Shown here one piece after another: positions 31,620 to 40,466 of a stretch of DNA of 64,000 nt. This stretch comes from a virus. The position numbers and the translations under genes were made by a program. Every line of letters begins with the position of its first letter. Within the stretch, counting starts at the first letter, position 1. Location: IMG/VR virus record IMGVR_UViG_3300029704_000004; one strand, written 5' to 3'. The notes beneath the pieces are model-generated. The model ran no database searches, had not been told where the DNA came from, and worked only from the letters and a program-made list of their open reading frames with translations.

Positions 31620-31690
31620 TGCTCTATGGTGTAATGGTAGCACTACAGATTTTGGTTCTGTCAGTGGTGGTTCGAATCCGCCTAGAGTAA
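31620..31690 (+). tRNA. tRNA-Gln (anticodon UUG)
   Basis: Hand-folded cloverleaf. Acceptor TGCTCTA/TAGAGTA with a U1-A72 pair; D arm GTGT-AATGGTA-GCAC. Anticodon arm ACAGA-TTTTGGT-TCTGT gives anticodon TTG; T arm GGTGG-TTCGAAT-CCGCC. 71 nt; no encoded CCA. Confidence 0.8.
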
Positions 31691-31844
31691 CATATCTTTA
31701 TTCTGTTGTTTAACAGATATTATTTTATTCATAATTAAAGTTTTAATGTATAAAGTTAAGTGATGGCTGATAATGTAATCCAATGCTGAACTAGCGAGTT
31801 CATTCTATTCTCATTTTTAAATAAATAAATTAACGGGAAATGAA

Positions 31845-31882
31845 GCAGTAAGTAATCGTGATGATTATTTACTGCTTTTTTT
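31845..31882 (+). terminator. intrinsic terminator-like hairpin on the + strand
   Basis: GCAGTAAGTAA / TTATTTACTGC (11 bp, one G-T pair that works only in the + sense) followed by seven T. Confidence 0.55.
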
Positions 31883-31959
31883 GTACTCAACAAAATGTGT
31901 TGAAACGTGTCGCCTAATGGATAAAAAAAAGAGTAACCTAACCTCACGGTCAAGCTACT

Positions 31960-32387
31960 CAAGTCAATGCTAAATTTTTAATCTGTGAACTACAGCCGCT
32001 GCTGTAATAAATAACAAACAACATTATAAACGAATTTAAATCATTATAGTATATAATATGATATTATAGCAAGTATCAAATTTAATATTTCAATTTCTTC
32101 TGTAAGCGGCTAATTAATTCAAGTAATATAATTAATCGAATCATATATGAAAGTCGCTCAGACGTTAAATAAACTGGGTTGTGGGCGTTTCCCACGAGTG
32201 GCATAGTTTACTATCTCGTATGCCTGGAGACCGAAATAAGACGAGCAAGTATAATGATTAATTGAACTAGACTCAATTTATTTAGCGTCTAAGCTACTTT
32301 AGTGTTACGGCTGAACAATTATTCAGGAGATTAGAATCACCCTCGTATAGAGGATTTCAAAATGTAGGATGTGCCATATAGCTCAAC
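31960..32387 (+). ncRNA. candidate large structured non-coding RNA (class unknown; strand tentative)
   Basis: ORF-free and locally GC-richer. Long-range stem AGACGTTAAATAAA (32160..32173) / TTTATTTAGCGTCT (32277..32290) encloses hairpins GTGGG-CGTTT-CCCAC and CTCGT...ACGAG. AGCCGCT (~31994) pairs with AGCGGCT (~32106). Further hairpins include CTGAA-CAATTA-TTCAG and CCTC-GTATA-GAGG. Confidence 0.35.
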
Positions 32388-32645
32388 TTAATTAAAAGGA
32401 GCTTTAATTATATTACCATTTGCATCAAGATAAATAACACTGTCTGTAGAATAACCATCATTAGTGGTATCAACATCATTGATTTCATAATAATCATCAT
32501 TAATTCCACATGAATCTGTTGTATCTACAGGTTCTGTATTATTAGTATCTTTTCTATTGTTATATGAACATGCTACAAGAATAGATACTATAATCGTTAA
32601 TACAACGATAATATTTCTTCTATGTTTATTATAATTCTCATTCAT
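32388..32645 (-). CDS. small lipoprotein-like membrane protein
   Basis: 85 aa. A basic N-terminus precedes a hydrophobic helix ending in lipobox-like LVAC-S. Last gene of the - strand block. Confidence 0.5.
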   Translation of the reverse strand: MNENYNKHRRNIIVVLTIIVSILVACSYNNRKDTNNTEPVDTTDSCGINDDYYEINDVDTTNDGYSTDSVIYLDANGNIIKAPFN

Positions 32646-32735
32646 TTTATTTAAATAAAAACTCCTAGTACTTTCACAAGCACTAGGAGCAACCGTTTAA
32701 TTTTAAATTTTAGAAATATGAATATAATAATCAGT

Positions 32736-33005
32736 TTATAAATATAAATCTACATATCTTTGAATAACATTAACATGAGTACTACCAGTAAACTTAAATG
32801 TTACTTCATCGTCTCTACTAAATACAACAAATGGATAATCAAAAGCACTATATTGATGAAGTATTCTTTTTGGAACATCATTAAAATCTTTGATTTCAAG
32901 AGTTATATTTTTCTTCGATTTGGCTAGTACTGTCTGTACATTATTAATAAGAATTGTACAACCAAGACAATTCTTAGTCGTTATTATCAGGATTTTTCTT
33001 TTCAT
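32736..33005 (-). CDS. thioredoxin/glutaredoxin-fold protein (CxxC)
   Basis: KILIITTKNCLGC is a typical Trx-fold beta strand plus CxxC. The listed start 33038 overlaps the upstream gene by 65 nt, so the ATG at 33005 is preferred. Confidence 0.5.
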   Translation of the reverse strand: MKRKILIITTKNCLGCTILINNVQTVLAKSKKNITLEIKDFNDVPKRILHQYSAFDYPFVVFSRDDEVTFKFTGSTHVNVIQRYVDLYL

Positions 33006-33261
33006 CAATCTGATTGATTTTACTGTAATATTCACCATTCATAGTAAATGTTACATTTTCATTTTCAAGCATTATACGATAAGTTCTTTCAAGATTCTTC
33101 AAATCTCTAAGAAGAAGAGAAAGATTACCATACGTTACTTTACTAATCTTTGGGTTGTTAGCTGCATTAGCAAGATGTTTCTTAACCTTGTCAATTTCTA
33201 CTACTGTTTCTGCATGACGATTAATCGTACGAGCTACCCAATTCTTTGTCATTTCTACCAT
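32974..33261 (-). CDS. hypothetical protein
   Basis: 95-aa ORF in the gene string with an ATG start; no motif recognised. Confidence 0.45.
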   Translation of the reverse strand: MVEMTKNWVARTINRHAETVVEIDKVKKHLANAANNPKISKVTYGNLSLLLRDLKNLERTYRIMLENENVTFTMNGEYYSKINQIDEKKNPDNND

Positions 33262-33291
33262 AGTTATTTAAATTTTAAAATTAATAATTAA

Positions 33292-33891
33292 TTATTTACT
33301 AGAACCTTTACCGAAACCTTTATCTCCTCTATCTGTTGTTCCAAGGTCTTCAAGAGTTCTAACTATATCCCAACAGATTTGTCTATGATGAGGAACTTTC
33401 ATTTGTCCAATAACATCACCAACATTTGGTACACCAATAGCATCTGGTTTAAGTTTACGAAATACAATAAGTATTTCTCCTCTGTATGATTCATCTATTG
33501 TACTAGGAGTGTTTTGATGAACAAGTTCAGTCTTTGTAAATCTACTGTTTGGGACAATGCTAATTTCATCACGATATTCAGTAGCTACATGAATACCTGT
33601 ATGACATACAATTCTTCCATCTAATTTAAACTCAATAGAAGTACAAATAACATCACAACCTGCATCTGTAGCATGACCATTACCATTATGGTCTTCGTCC
33701 ATAAAATGAGCATATCCAGGAAGTTTAGCAGCTTCACTTTCAAGCCAAATTTTAACTGGAACAAAATCAATAGCTTGACGAAGAGCTTCTTTAAGTTCTT
33801 TTTCTGCCATTAATCTGTTGTCTGGAGTTTCTTTAAAAGCATTTGCATAATTAATAAATGCATCTGCAATACGATTACTTAATTGACTCAT
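33292..33891 (-). CDS. dut: dUTP diphosphatase (dUTPase) with N-terminal extension
   Basis: Trimeric dUTPase motifs: TDAGCDV (motif I), STIDESYRGEILIVF (motif III) and TDRGDKGFGKGSS (motif V). About 65 extra N-terminal residues. Confidence 0.8.
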   Translation of the reverse strand: MSQLSNRIADAFINYANAFKETPDNRLMAEKELKEALRQAIDFVPVKIWLESEAAKLPGYAHFMDEDHNGNGHATDAGCDVICTSIEFKLDGRIVCHTGIHVATEYRDEISIVPNSRFTKTELVHQNTPSTIDESYRGEILIVFRKLKPDAIGVPNVGDVIGQMKVPHHRQICWDIVRTLEDLGTTDRGDKGFGKGSSK

Positions 33892-33894
33892 AAT

Positions 33895-34371
33895 TTAATC
33901 ATTTATATTATTACGTTGTTCTAAAATATCTTTTCTAAGCTTTTTAATACTACCACGATAAATATAATTATGATTTATAATATAAGTATTTTTAGGAAGC
34001 ATATTATTAGGAATCTTATCATAAAGACGACCTATTACATCTAGTTCTACTAAACGTTTTATTCCTTTACTTATGTTACTTTTATCACAATTATAATATG
34101 CAGCAATATCTTTATTACTTAAAGATATATGATTAACACCATAAGGTATATTCTTAGCTATATACCTAACTACTTTACGGACATAAGTATTTTCTTTATC
34201 CATTATTTCAAGTAGCGCATCATCTATAATTGCTTTATGTTCCATATAATATATGGTTTTACAATATTCAGTACCATCATCAGCCTTATCTTTAATTTTA
34301 AGACCTTTGAAGTCTAGAGAATAGTTATAATCAATACTATCTCTAGAAAGTTTATTAATTACATTATCCAT
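33895..34371 (-). CDS. putative winged-helix/HTH DNA-binding protein
   Basis: LSNKDIAAYYNCDKSNISKGIKRLVELDVI looks like a helix-turn-helix recognition unit. First gene downstream of the promoter-like element at 34551..34558. Confidence 0.4.
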   Translation of the reverse strand: MDNVINKLSRDSIDYNYSLDFKGLKIKDKADDGTEYCKTIYYMEHKAIIDDALLEIMDKENTYVRKVVRYIAKNIPYGVNHISLSNKDIAAYYNCDKSNISKGIKRLVELDVIGRLYDKIPNNMLPKNTYIINHNYIYRGSIKKLRKDILEQRNNIND

Positions 34372-34550
34372 ATCAATATCTTTTGTTTACTAGCTGTCGG
34401 CTAAGATACAAAAAAGTGGTGAAATATAACCACTTTTTCACAAAAATAGTTATATATAACCACTTTTAGCTAGTAAACTAATTGATTACCAGGTAGTTAG
34501 CTCCTATAATATATATATTATATATTAATGTTAGCTTTTATACCCTGCTA

Positions 34551-34558
34551 CAAAGATA
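34551..34558 (-). promoter_or_regulatory. Bacteroidota-type -7 box (TATCTTTG) on the - strand
   Basis: The reverse complement of CAAAGATA reads GCTTATCTTTGTAG, with TTGG 19 nt upstream. Intergenic; precedes gene 33895..34371. Confidence 0.45.
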
Positions 34559-34615
34559 AGCATTATTATCTATATCTCCAAGAGTTTTACTAGTTTTAAT
34601 ACTAGTTTAAGTATT

Positions 34616-34640
34616 CATGCCTTTTACGGGGGGGCTAGAG
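34616..34640 (+). repeat. GC-rich dispersed word, forward copy 8 (intergenic, left arm of inverted pair)
   Basis: CATGCCTTTTACGGGGGGGCTAGAG. Confidence 0.9.
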
Positions 34641-34685
34641 TGGTTCTAACATAATAACATGTATCATTAAACCATCTAGTTGTTG

Positions 34686-34711
34686 TACCCCCCCCCGTAA
34701 AAGGTATGTAT
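34686..34711 (-). repeat. GC-rich dispersed word, reverse copy 9 (right arm of inverted pair)
   Basis: TACCCCCCCCCGTAAAAGGTATGTAT; abuts the stop codon of gene 34711..34992. Confidence 0.9.
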
Positions 34712-34992
34712 CAAATATTAATCAAATCTTTATCTAGTGCATTTATCCATTCTTTAGCATCTTCTTTATTATCAAATACTAAAGCTTCTGGAACATTAGG
34801 AACACCTTTATTTTCATCAATCATAATAGTGTAATTTACAACACTTTGATTATTATCAGCATAACTAGTAACTGCACTAATTGTACCAATAAAGAATGTA
34901 CCACTAATATAACTGAATGCTAGTACCTCATCACCAACTTTGTAATGAGGCACTTTAAATTGATTTTCTTTTCCACTAAAATTAACTTGCAT
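34711..34992 (-). CDS. hypothetical protein
   Basis: 93-aa ORF with an ATG start and an 11-nt overlap with the upstream gene. Confidence 0.5.
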   Translation of the reverse strand: MQVNFSGKENQFKVPHYKVGDEVLAFSYISGTFFIGTISAVTSYADNNQSVVNYTIMIDENKGVPNVPEALVFDNKEDAKEWINALDKDLINI

Positions 34993-36034
34993 AGGCTATT
35001 GCTTCATTAAGAGCTTTATTCATATTATTATTTGCTGAACCCCAAACAAGACTATTCATACGTTTCTCACCTTCAAGGTTTGCAACATTACAATAGAATC
35101 CTGTAATTGCATTATAAGCACCCCAGGCAGTACCACAAATATCTTTTTGACCAATACCGTCAATATAATAATCCATCATATTATAAAGTTGATTAGACTT
35201 TCTTGTACTAATCTCTACAGCATCAATCAAATGATAATCACGACTAATGAGACGTTTATAACCATGATTAGGGTCAACTTCATTAAGTTTAGCTATTTCA
35301 GCAGGAGTAAGTTGAAGTTTACAAATGTATTCAGCAACTTGGTCATCAGTCATTTTAATAGTAGCAAGATGACGATAAAGCTCTTGAGCATCAATAGCAT
35401 GAGAACAAGCAATCTTTAAAACTTGAGCACCAAGTTCAAGTTTCTCTTTTACAGATTTAGTATGACGAAGACGAATATGACAAGCAGCTTTATCAAGAGC
35501 GCCATTAAGCATATTAGTACAAATAACTCTGACAGGAGTAATCATAATATCTACAGATGAGTTACCTGCATGTCCATTGCTGAACACAAGATAATTATCT
35601 ATAACATCATCTTTACCTACAGAAGTTTGTACTGGAAGCTTAGCACTAACATATACTTTTTCACCCATATTAAGACAAGCAGCTTTATCCCAAATAGCTT
35701 TACCTTCTCCAATAGCATTATTAAAGAAATTGAAAGCGTCCATATTCTGAACTATTTCATACTTATCTTTAACAATACCCAATGGCATATTAATATCTGT
35801 TCGATAAGTTGCAAAAGCATTAGGACACTCACGATAAATACTACCATCGTGAACAAAACTATCTTCTTCTACTTCATTATTACTACCAATTCTAAAAGGC
35901 ATTTTACTTACAAGTTCACACTTTTGAACAGTCCAATCAAGTTTAGCACTTTTCATTACATCTTGTGCAGTTGCACAATCACTTACATCAGTACCAAGTA
36001 CCCATGGAAGTCCACCACGATTAAATTTACTCAT
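34982..36034 (-). CDS. DUF932-like phage/plasmid-related protein (TIGR03299-type)
   Basis: The N-terminus GGLPWVLGTDVSDCATAQDVMKSAKLDWTVQKCEL matches the family pattern (vPWh.lG ... agLdWeV) as I remember it. Confidence 0.5.
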   Translation of the reverse strand: MSKFNRGGLPWVLGTDVSDCATAQDVMKSAKLDWTVQKCELVSKMPFRIGSNNEVEEDSFVHDGSIYRECPNAFATYRTDINMPLGIVKDKYEIVQNMDAFNFFNNAIGEGKAIWDKAACLNMGEKVYVSAKLPVQTSVGKDDVIDNYLVFSNGHAGNSSVDIMITPVRVICTNMLNGALDKAACHIRLRHTKSVKEKLELGAQVLKIACSHAIDAQELYRHLATIKMTDDQVAEYICKLQLTPAEIAKLNEVDPNHGYKRLISRDYHLIDAVEISTRKSNQLYNMMDYYIDGIGQKDICGTAWGAYNAITGFYCNVANLEGEKRMNSLVWGSANNNMNKALNEAIAYAS

Positions 36035-36074
36035 AACTCAGCGTTATTAAATTGTTAAACATTAAATTAAATTA

Positions 36075-36353
36075 TCAACCAACAGTAGGAAGAGGATTAC
36101 CATCTTCATCTGTATATGTTTTATCTTCACCTTTATAATTAGGATTCAAATCTTTAAGATTCCATGTATCACGTAGTACATTCTGAACAAGAACTTCTAC
36201 ACTAACTATATGTTTCTTTAGTTCTTCTCCATTATATTTAATATATGAAGCACTACTTGTAGCATCAGATAAATCTTCTGCTAGAATATTAATATTAAGA
36301 AAAGTATTAGCTTTTACTTTAATATCTGTTTTAATTAAATATACATTATACAT
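36075..36353 (-). CDS. hypothetical protein
   Basis: The listed ORF begins at a TTG (36398) inside the upstream gene. The ATG at 36353 lies 1 nt after the upstream stop and is preferred. Confidence 0.45.
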   Translation of the reverse strand: MYNVYLIKTDIKVKANTFLNINILAEDLSDATSSASYIKYNGEELKKHIVSVEVLVQNVLRDTWNLKDLNPNYKGEDKTYTDEDGNPLPTVG

Positions 36354-36354
36354 A

Positions 36355-36654
36355 TTATTTATTATTAAATTTATTAAGAAGTTGTCTATTTTCTTCAAGT
36401 TTTCTATAATAGTTATTATTTATATCTTGAGCAACATCAAGTATTTCTTTAACTACTTTTACTTTATTTGTTTCACTTTCAGCATCTCTATATTTATCAT
36501 AAAGAACAACAAACTTATCACAATATTTACTTATATGTTCAGTGCTTTCCAAAAGGGCATCAAAGCTTTTCATTTGGGAACGCACAAACATTAAAGTTTG
36601 TACTAGTATTAAAATTAATACTAGTACTACAATACTTAAAACTAATATAACCAT
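36355..36654 (-). CDS. small membrane-anchored protein
   Basis: 99 aa with an N-terminal transmembrane helix MVILVLSIVVLVLILILV. Confidence 0.5.
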   Translation of the reverse strand: MVILVLSIVVLVLILILVQTLMFVRSQMKSFDALLESTEHISKYCDKFVVLYDKYRDAESETNKVKVVKEILDVAQDINNNYYRKLEENRQLLNKFNNK

Positions 36655-36655
36655 T

Positions 36656-37420
36656 TTACTTAATAGTTAAATTATCATTCTCAACAACTTTAGCGATATT
36701 AGAAGTACAACCTTCATCTGTAAGTTTAACTTTCATAGCTTTCTTATCAACAGAAGGTTTAAAACTCCAACCATCTTTAGATACATCACCCATCTTAGCG
36801 AGAAGATTATAACCATCACCTTGAAGAAGATTACTCATAGATACAGGAATAGTTACATTTATAATAACATCATCCATATCTTCAATATCAACTTCAGCAT
36901 TAGTTATTTCTCCTTCTATTTGAGCGTTATGAAGTGCGGCATCAAGAATAGCGTTAGCATCAATACTATCAGCTTGATGGAGAGTATTAGTATAAATGCC
37001 ATTAACAACAGTAGTTTTAAGAACATCAACAAGATTCTCAATCTTCTTATCGTCAAGTTCTACAGTTGTACTCTTTCTTATACCAACTTTACCAGTACCC
37101 CAATCAATCCACTTCTTACCTTTCTTGTCTTCTGTACCATAATTTCTAATAGCAAATAAAACAAGATTAGTAAGACCTATAATTGTATTATCTTTAGACT
37201 TCTTGAGTTTAGCAAGTCTATCAGTCTCAGACTTAATAGCAAGAAGGTCAGCTTTGAGCTTATTGATATAATTAGTAATACTTTTAACTTTATTAGTCAT
37301 TTCTTGACCATTAAGCTCAAGTTTTTTTTCCATTTCTGGAGTTATTTCTCCACCTGCTTCTTCAATTTCATCATAAAGAGCATACAATTCTCTATCAATA
37401 TCAAAAATACTTTTTCCCAT
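36656..37420 (-). CDS. Gp157-like protein (recombination-module associated)
   Basis: The N-terminus DRELYALYDEIEEAGGEITPEMEKKLELNGQEMTNKVKSITNYINKLKADLLAIKSETDRLAKLKK resembles the Siphovirus Gp157 family pattern. Confidence 0.45.
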   Translation of the reverse strand: MGKSIFDIDRELYALYDEIEEAGGEITPEMEKKLELNGQEMTNKVKSITNYINKLKADLLAIKSETDRLAKLKKSKDNTIIGLTNLVLFAIRNYGTEDKKGKKWIDWGTGKVGIRKSTTVELDDKKIENLVDVLKTTVVNGIYTNTLHQADSIDANAILDAALHNAQIEGEITNAEVDIEDMDDVIINVTIPVSMSNLLQGDGYNLLAKMGDVSKDGWSFKPSVDKKAMKVKLTDEGCTSNIAKVVENDNLTIK

Positions 37421-37421
37421 G

Positions 37422-37619
37422 TTATTTCTTATTATTTACATAAACATATTCTCTATCGAGAAATCTACTATCACTACTTACAAATGTAGAATTAATCTTT
37501 CCACATTCTGTACAACGAGAAACAATGTTGATACCGACAACAGTATCAGTATCAACATCTTTAACTTCAACTTCTTTAAGAACTTCATATTTATGAAGTC
37601 CAATAAAACACTTTGCCAT
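37422..37619 (-). CDS. small zinc-ribbon-like protein
   Basis: 65 aa with C..H near the N-terminus and CTECGK. Separated from its neighbours by 1 nt. Confidence 0.45.
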   Translation of the reverse strand: MAKCFIGLHKYEVLKEVEVKDVDTDTVVGINIVSRCTECGKINSTFVSSDSRFLDREYVYVNNKK

Positions 37620-37620
37620 A

Positions 37621-37806
37621 TTACTTAATAGTTATAGAACAATTAACATTATGAGTAGGTTCATCATCCTTAGCATAATAATTACGTTTTACTTCAACGT
37701 TAATATTAACATCAGGATTAGCAATCTCAAAATCTTTGATTGCAGAAAGAATAGAAGATTTCAAATTTTCACCAGCTTCTTTTGTAACTTTAATTGTCTT
37801 TTCCAT
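37621..37806 (-). CDS. hypothetical protein
   Basis: 61-aa ORF with an ATG start in the gene string. Confidence 0.45.
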   Translation of the reverse strand: MEKTIKVTKEAGENLKSSILSAIKDFEIANPDVNINVEVKRNYYAKDDEPTHNVNCSITIK

Positions 37807-38034
37807 AATTTTATAAGTTTAAATGAGTTTCTACATTATTTACTACACACAAAGGACATTCATCAGTTAGCATATACTTAACTTCATCAGAATTATAGCC
37901 ATTACTAAGTAACCACATTTCTGCAATTTGATTAGTATCTATATTAGAATCTTTATCAACATCTGCGTCAAAGTCAGTAATATCAGCAACTTCAATTTGT
38001 CCTATATTATAATTTAATATATTTATTCACATAA

Positions 38035-39036
38035 TTATTCAGGATATACTTGTTTAAGTAATTGTTTGGCTAATTCACCCATCATAGGATGAACTTTACC
38101 ACTAACTTGATTACTACGTAAAGCAATCCAATGCTCCCAATCATCAACAAAAGCAGTATGAACTACTTGTGTCTTAGTATTAAGAGGAAGAATTTCTCTA
38201 GCTTGTTGCGCAGTCCAACCAAGTTCAATACATTTACAATATACAAGATTTGCTATTTGAAGACCATAAAGAAACCAATCTATAGCTGTCCAACCTTCAC
38301 AATAATGCCCTTGAAGATAATTATCATTAAATATTTCTTCATCTCCATAAAATCCTGTATTATAACATTGTCCATCAGCATCAGAATCTGGAATCCAAGG
38401 AAGCTTAGCAACACTTATGTTATTACCAAATTTATTAGCATTATAACGACAATAACGAGTAGATTCTTCTACAATACTATTAACTCTATGACGATTAAGT
38501 TCACGACTAGCACCAATATCTGTTATAAAACAAACAGTAGTTCTTGGCATATAGTAAGGACAATTAGGAGTTGTATCTATAAACTCAAGAGTATCAATAG
38601 CATAATTTTCTATTATTACTCTAAGATTTGTAGTAACATAAAGATAACCATCATGATTATTAGTTCTACTATATTTATTATGCTCATATACCCCTTCCCA
38701 CATAGCAACAGCTCTAGGCATGAAAGTAGGAAATTTAAGATGAACTGTTGCATGTTCACAACAACTTAAATGAAGACTTGTCAAATCTACATCACCATAA
38801 GCGTTTTGAGCAAGTATTCGTTCAAATCGGTTCTTAGGATTTATTTTACTATACCCAAAGAAATCATTTCCTTTGAAAATAGTTCTAAGAAGAAAATCAT
38901 AAGCATCTTCATCTTTATTTTTTGGAGTAGATTGATAAGCAACACGAGTACATTTAGCTATATGTTTAAAAATAGCATCAAGTGTATAACCATCTTGTTT
39001 CCAAACTTCAACACTAGGATTTACAACTTTAATCAT
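38035..39036 (-). CDS. thyX: flavin-dependent thymidylate synthase ThyX
   Basis: The ThyX signature RHRxxSxxxxSxRY is present as NRHRVNSIVEESTRY. Confidence 0.8.
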   Translation of the reverse strand: MIKVVNPSVEVWKQDGYTLDAIFKHIAKCTRVAYQSTPKNKDEDAYDFLLRTIFKGNDFFGYSKINPKNRFERILAQNAYGDVDLTSLHLSCCEHATVHLKFPTFMPRAVAMWEGVYEHNKYSRTNNHDGYLYVTTNLRVIIENYAIDTLEFIDTTPNCPYYMPRTTVCFITDIGASRELNRHRVNSIVEESTRYCRYNANKFGNNISVAKLPWIPDSDADGQCYNTGFYGDEEIFNDNYLQGHYCEGWTAIDWFLYGLQIANLVYCKCIELGWTAQQAREILPLNTKTQVVHTAFVDDWEHWIALRSNQVSGKVHPMMGELAKQLLKQVYPE

Positions 39037-39041
39037 ATTAT

Positions 39042-39692
39042 TTACTTTTTACGTTTAACAAAATCTTTTCCAGCTTCATAATCTTCGTGAGATATAGCAA
39101 CTATATTCTCTTTATGTTCACTAGTAACAGGAATTTCTTTATCATCAGCAGATAAATTATATACATATCCATCTTTATCTTTACAAAGATGTTCAAAACC
39201 ATAAGCAGATATAATTTCATTAGTTACATCTTTCTTACTGGTTTCTTCGATAAGAATAAGTTTATCTGTTTTAACAAGAGTAGAAATATCAATGAAAGTT
39301 GACTCTACCCGCCCCGTAGAAGGTATTGTAGGTTCATGTCCATTATCACTAGCTTGCCAAGCTAATAACATATTACAATAATTACCTAAATCTTGAATAG
39401 TATCAAACATACTTTCATCTTCAACATTAGGATTACTGTAACCTTGAAAATCATCTTCAATAAGATGAACCAAACGATTAGCTTTATCATACATTCTAGC
39501 TAGACCATATCTATAGCCTAGTTTATCACAACCTTTATTGAAAGCATTACCATAATCAGCATTCTTCTTAGCCATAAGACTAAGCATTTTGTTTTGTTGG
39601 TCACGTAATGCAACAACTTCAGGAGTTACAAGATGCTCTGGAACTACTCCATTAAGCACCGCTTTCCAATACTTTAAATCACTTTCTGTCAT
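39042..39692 (-). CDS. DUF1599/MazG-like all-alpha nucleotide-metabolism domain protein (tentative)
   Basis: KKNADYGNAFNKGCDKLGYRYGLARMYDKANRLVHL ... DTIQDLGNYCNMLL resembles the DUF1599 pattern. Carries motif copy 10. Confidence 0.3.
   Translation of the reverse strand: MTESDLKYWKAVLNGVVPEHLVTPEVVALRDQQNKMLSLMAKKNADYGNAFNKGCDKLGYRYGLARMYDKANRLVHLIEDDFQGYSNPNVEDESMFDTIQDLGNYCNMLLAWQASDNGHEPTIPSTGRVESTFIDISTLVKTDKLILIEETSKKDVTNEIISAYGFEHLCKDKDGYVYNLSADDKEIPVTSEHKENIVAISHEDYEAGKDFVKRKK
39304..39332 (-). repeat. GC-rich dispersed word, reverse copy 10 (variant)
   Basis: TCTACCCGCCCCGTAGAAGGTATTGTAGG; in the sense of CDS 39042..39692 it is read as IPSTGRVE. Confidence 0.7.
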
Positions 39693-39697
39693 AATTG

Positions 39698-40183
39698 TTA
39701 TTTTATATAAGTAGGATTTGTTATGAGACCTTTATCTAAACACCATTTAAAAGCATTTCTAATAGCTTGTTCTGGAGTAATACCAGTAATAACATGAAGA
39801 CTATCTGATTCTGATACATGTATCCAATCAATAGCATATTCACCTTCAAATTGATAAAGAGTAGGAATATAACCATGGTCTTTTTCACATACTACAAAAT
39901 TATCAGCTTTTTCTTCTATTGTAATACATGGAAGTTGAATAAACAATAGTAATTCGTCGGCAGCTTCAAAATCAGTTTTTAAATGTATATGAAGTCTTCC
40001 TATACGGTCTCCTACAATATCTGTTATAGGAAACATTTCTCTTTCTAGTAATTCATTAGGAATTTCATGAGCCATTCCTTCATAAATACTAACTGAATAA
40101 TGAGAATCTTTTGGGTCTGTTTCTTCAAGCACAACTAAAGCATTATGAGAAACAGCAGTATCAATAGCATTTTTTAATTTCAT
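39698..40183 (-). CDS. hypothetical protein
   Basis: 161-aa ORF with an ATG start. Confidence 0.5.
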   Translation of the reverse strand: MKLKNAIDTAVSHNALVVLEETDPKDSHYSVSIYEGMAHEIPNELLEREMFPITDIVGDRIGRLHIHLKTDFEAADELLLFIQLPCITIEEKADNFVVCEKDHGYIPTLYQFEGEYAIDWIHVSESDSLHVITGITPEQAIRNAFKWCLDKGLITNPTYIK

Positions 40184-40187
40184 AATT

Positions 40188-40466
40188 TTACTTTTTAAAT
40201 GTTTTACAATAAGTACATTTATGTACTCGTTTATTAATTAACCAACCATATTCTTTAGCAATAGAATCAAGTTCATCAATATCTAATGAAAGAAATGGTT
40301 TGTCTTTTCCTTTTCTATGTAATAAAGTACCACATTTATCACATTTTAAAGTATATCCTACTCCATTTTGTACATAAGCCATATTCTGTAATATTTTAAA
40401 TTCTCGTATAACGTATTGAAATTTGGGTCGTGTATAATTGTTCCACAATTTACCAAAATGTCTCAT
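40188..40466 (-). CDS. zinc-ribbon protein
   Basis: CDKCGT ... HKCTYCK: two CxxC-type pairs. Confidence 0.5.
   Translation of the reverse strand: MRHFGKLWNNYTRPKFQYVIREFKILQNMAYVQNGVGYTLKCDKCGTLLHRKGKDKPFLSLDIDELDSIAKEYGWLINKRVHKCTYCKTFKK

Noticed and set aside
31756-31962. 68-aa - strand ORF between the tRNA and the structured region.
   Set aside because: It has no gene-like context, overlaps a + strand terminator hairpin and stem-rich sequence, and its composition is unlike neighbouring genes. Probably spurious.
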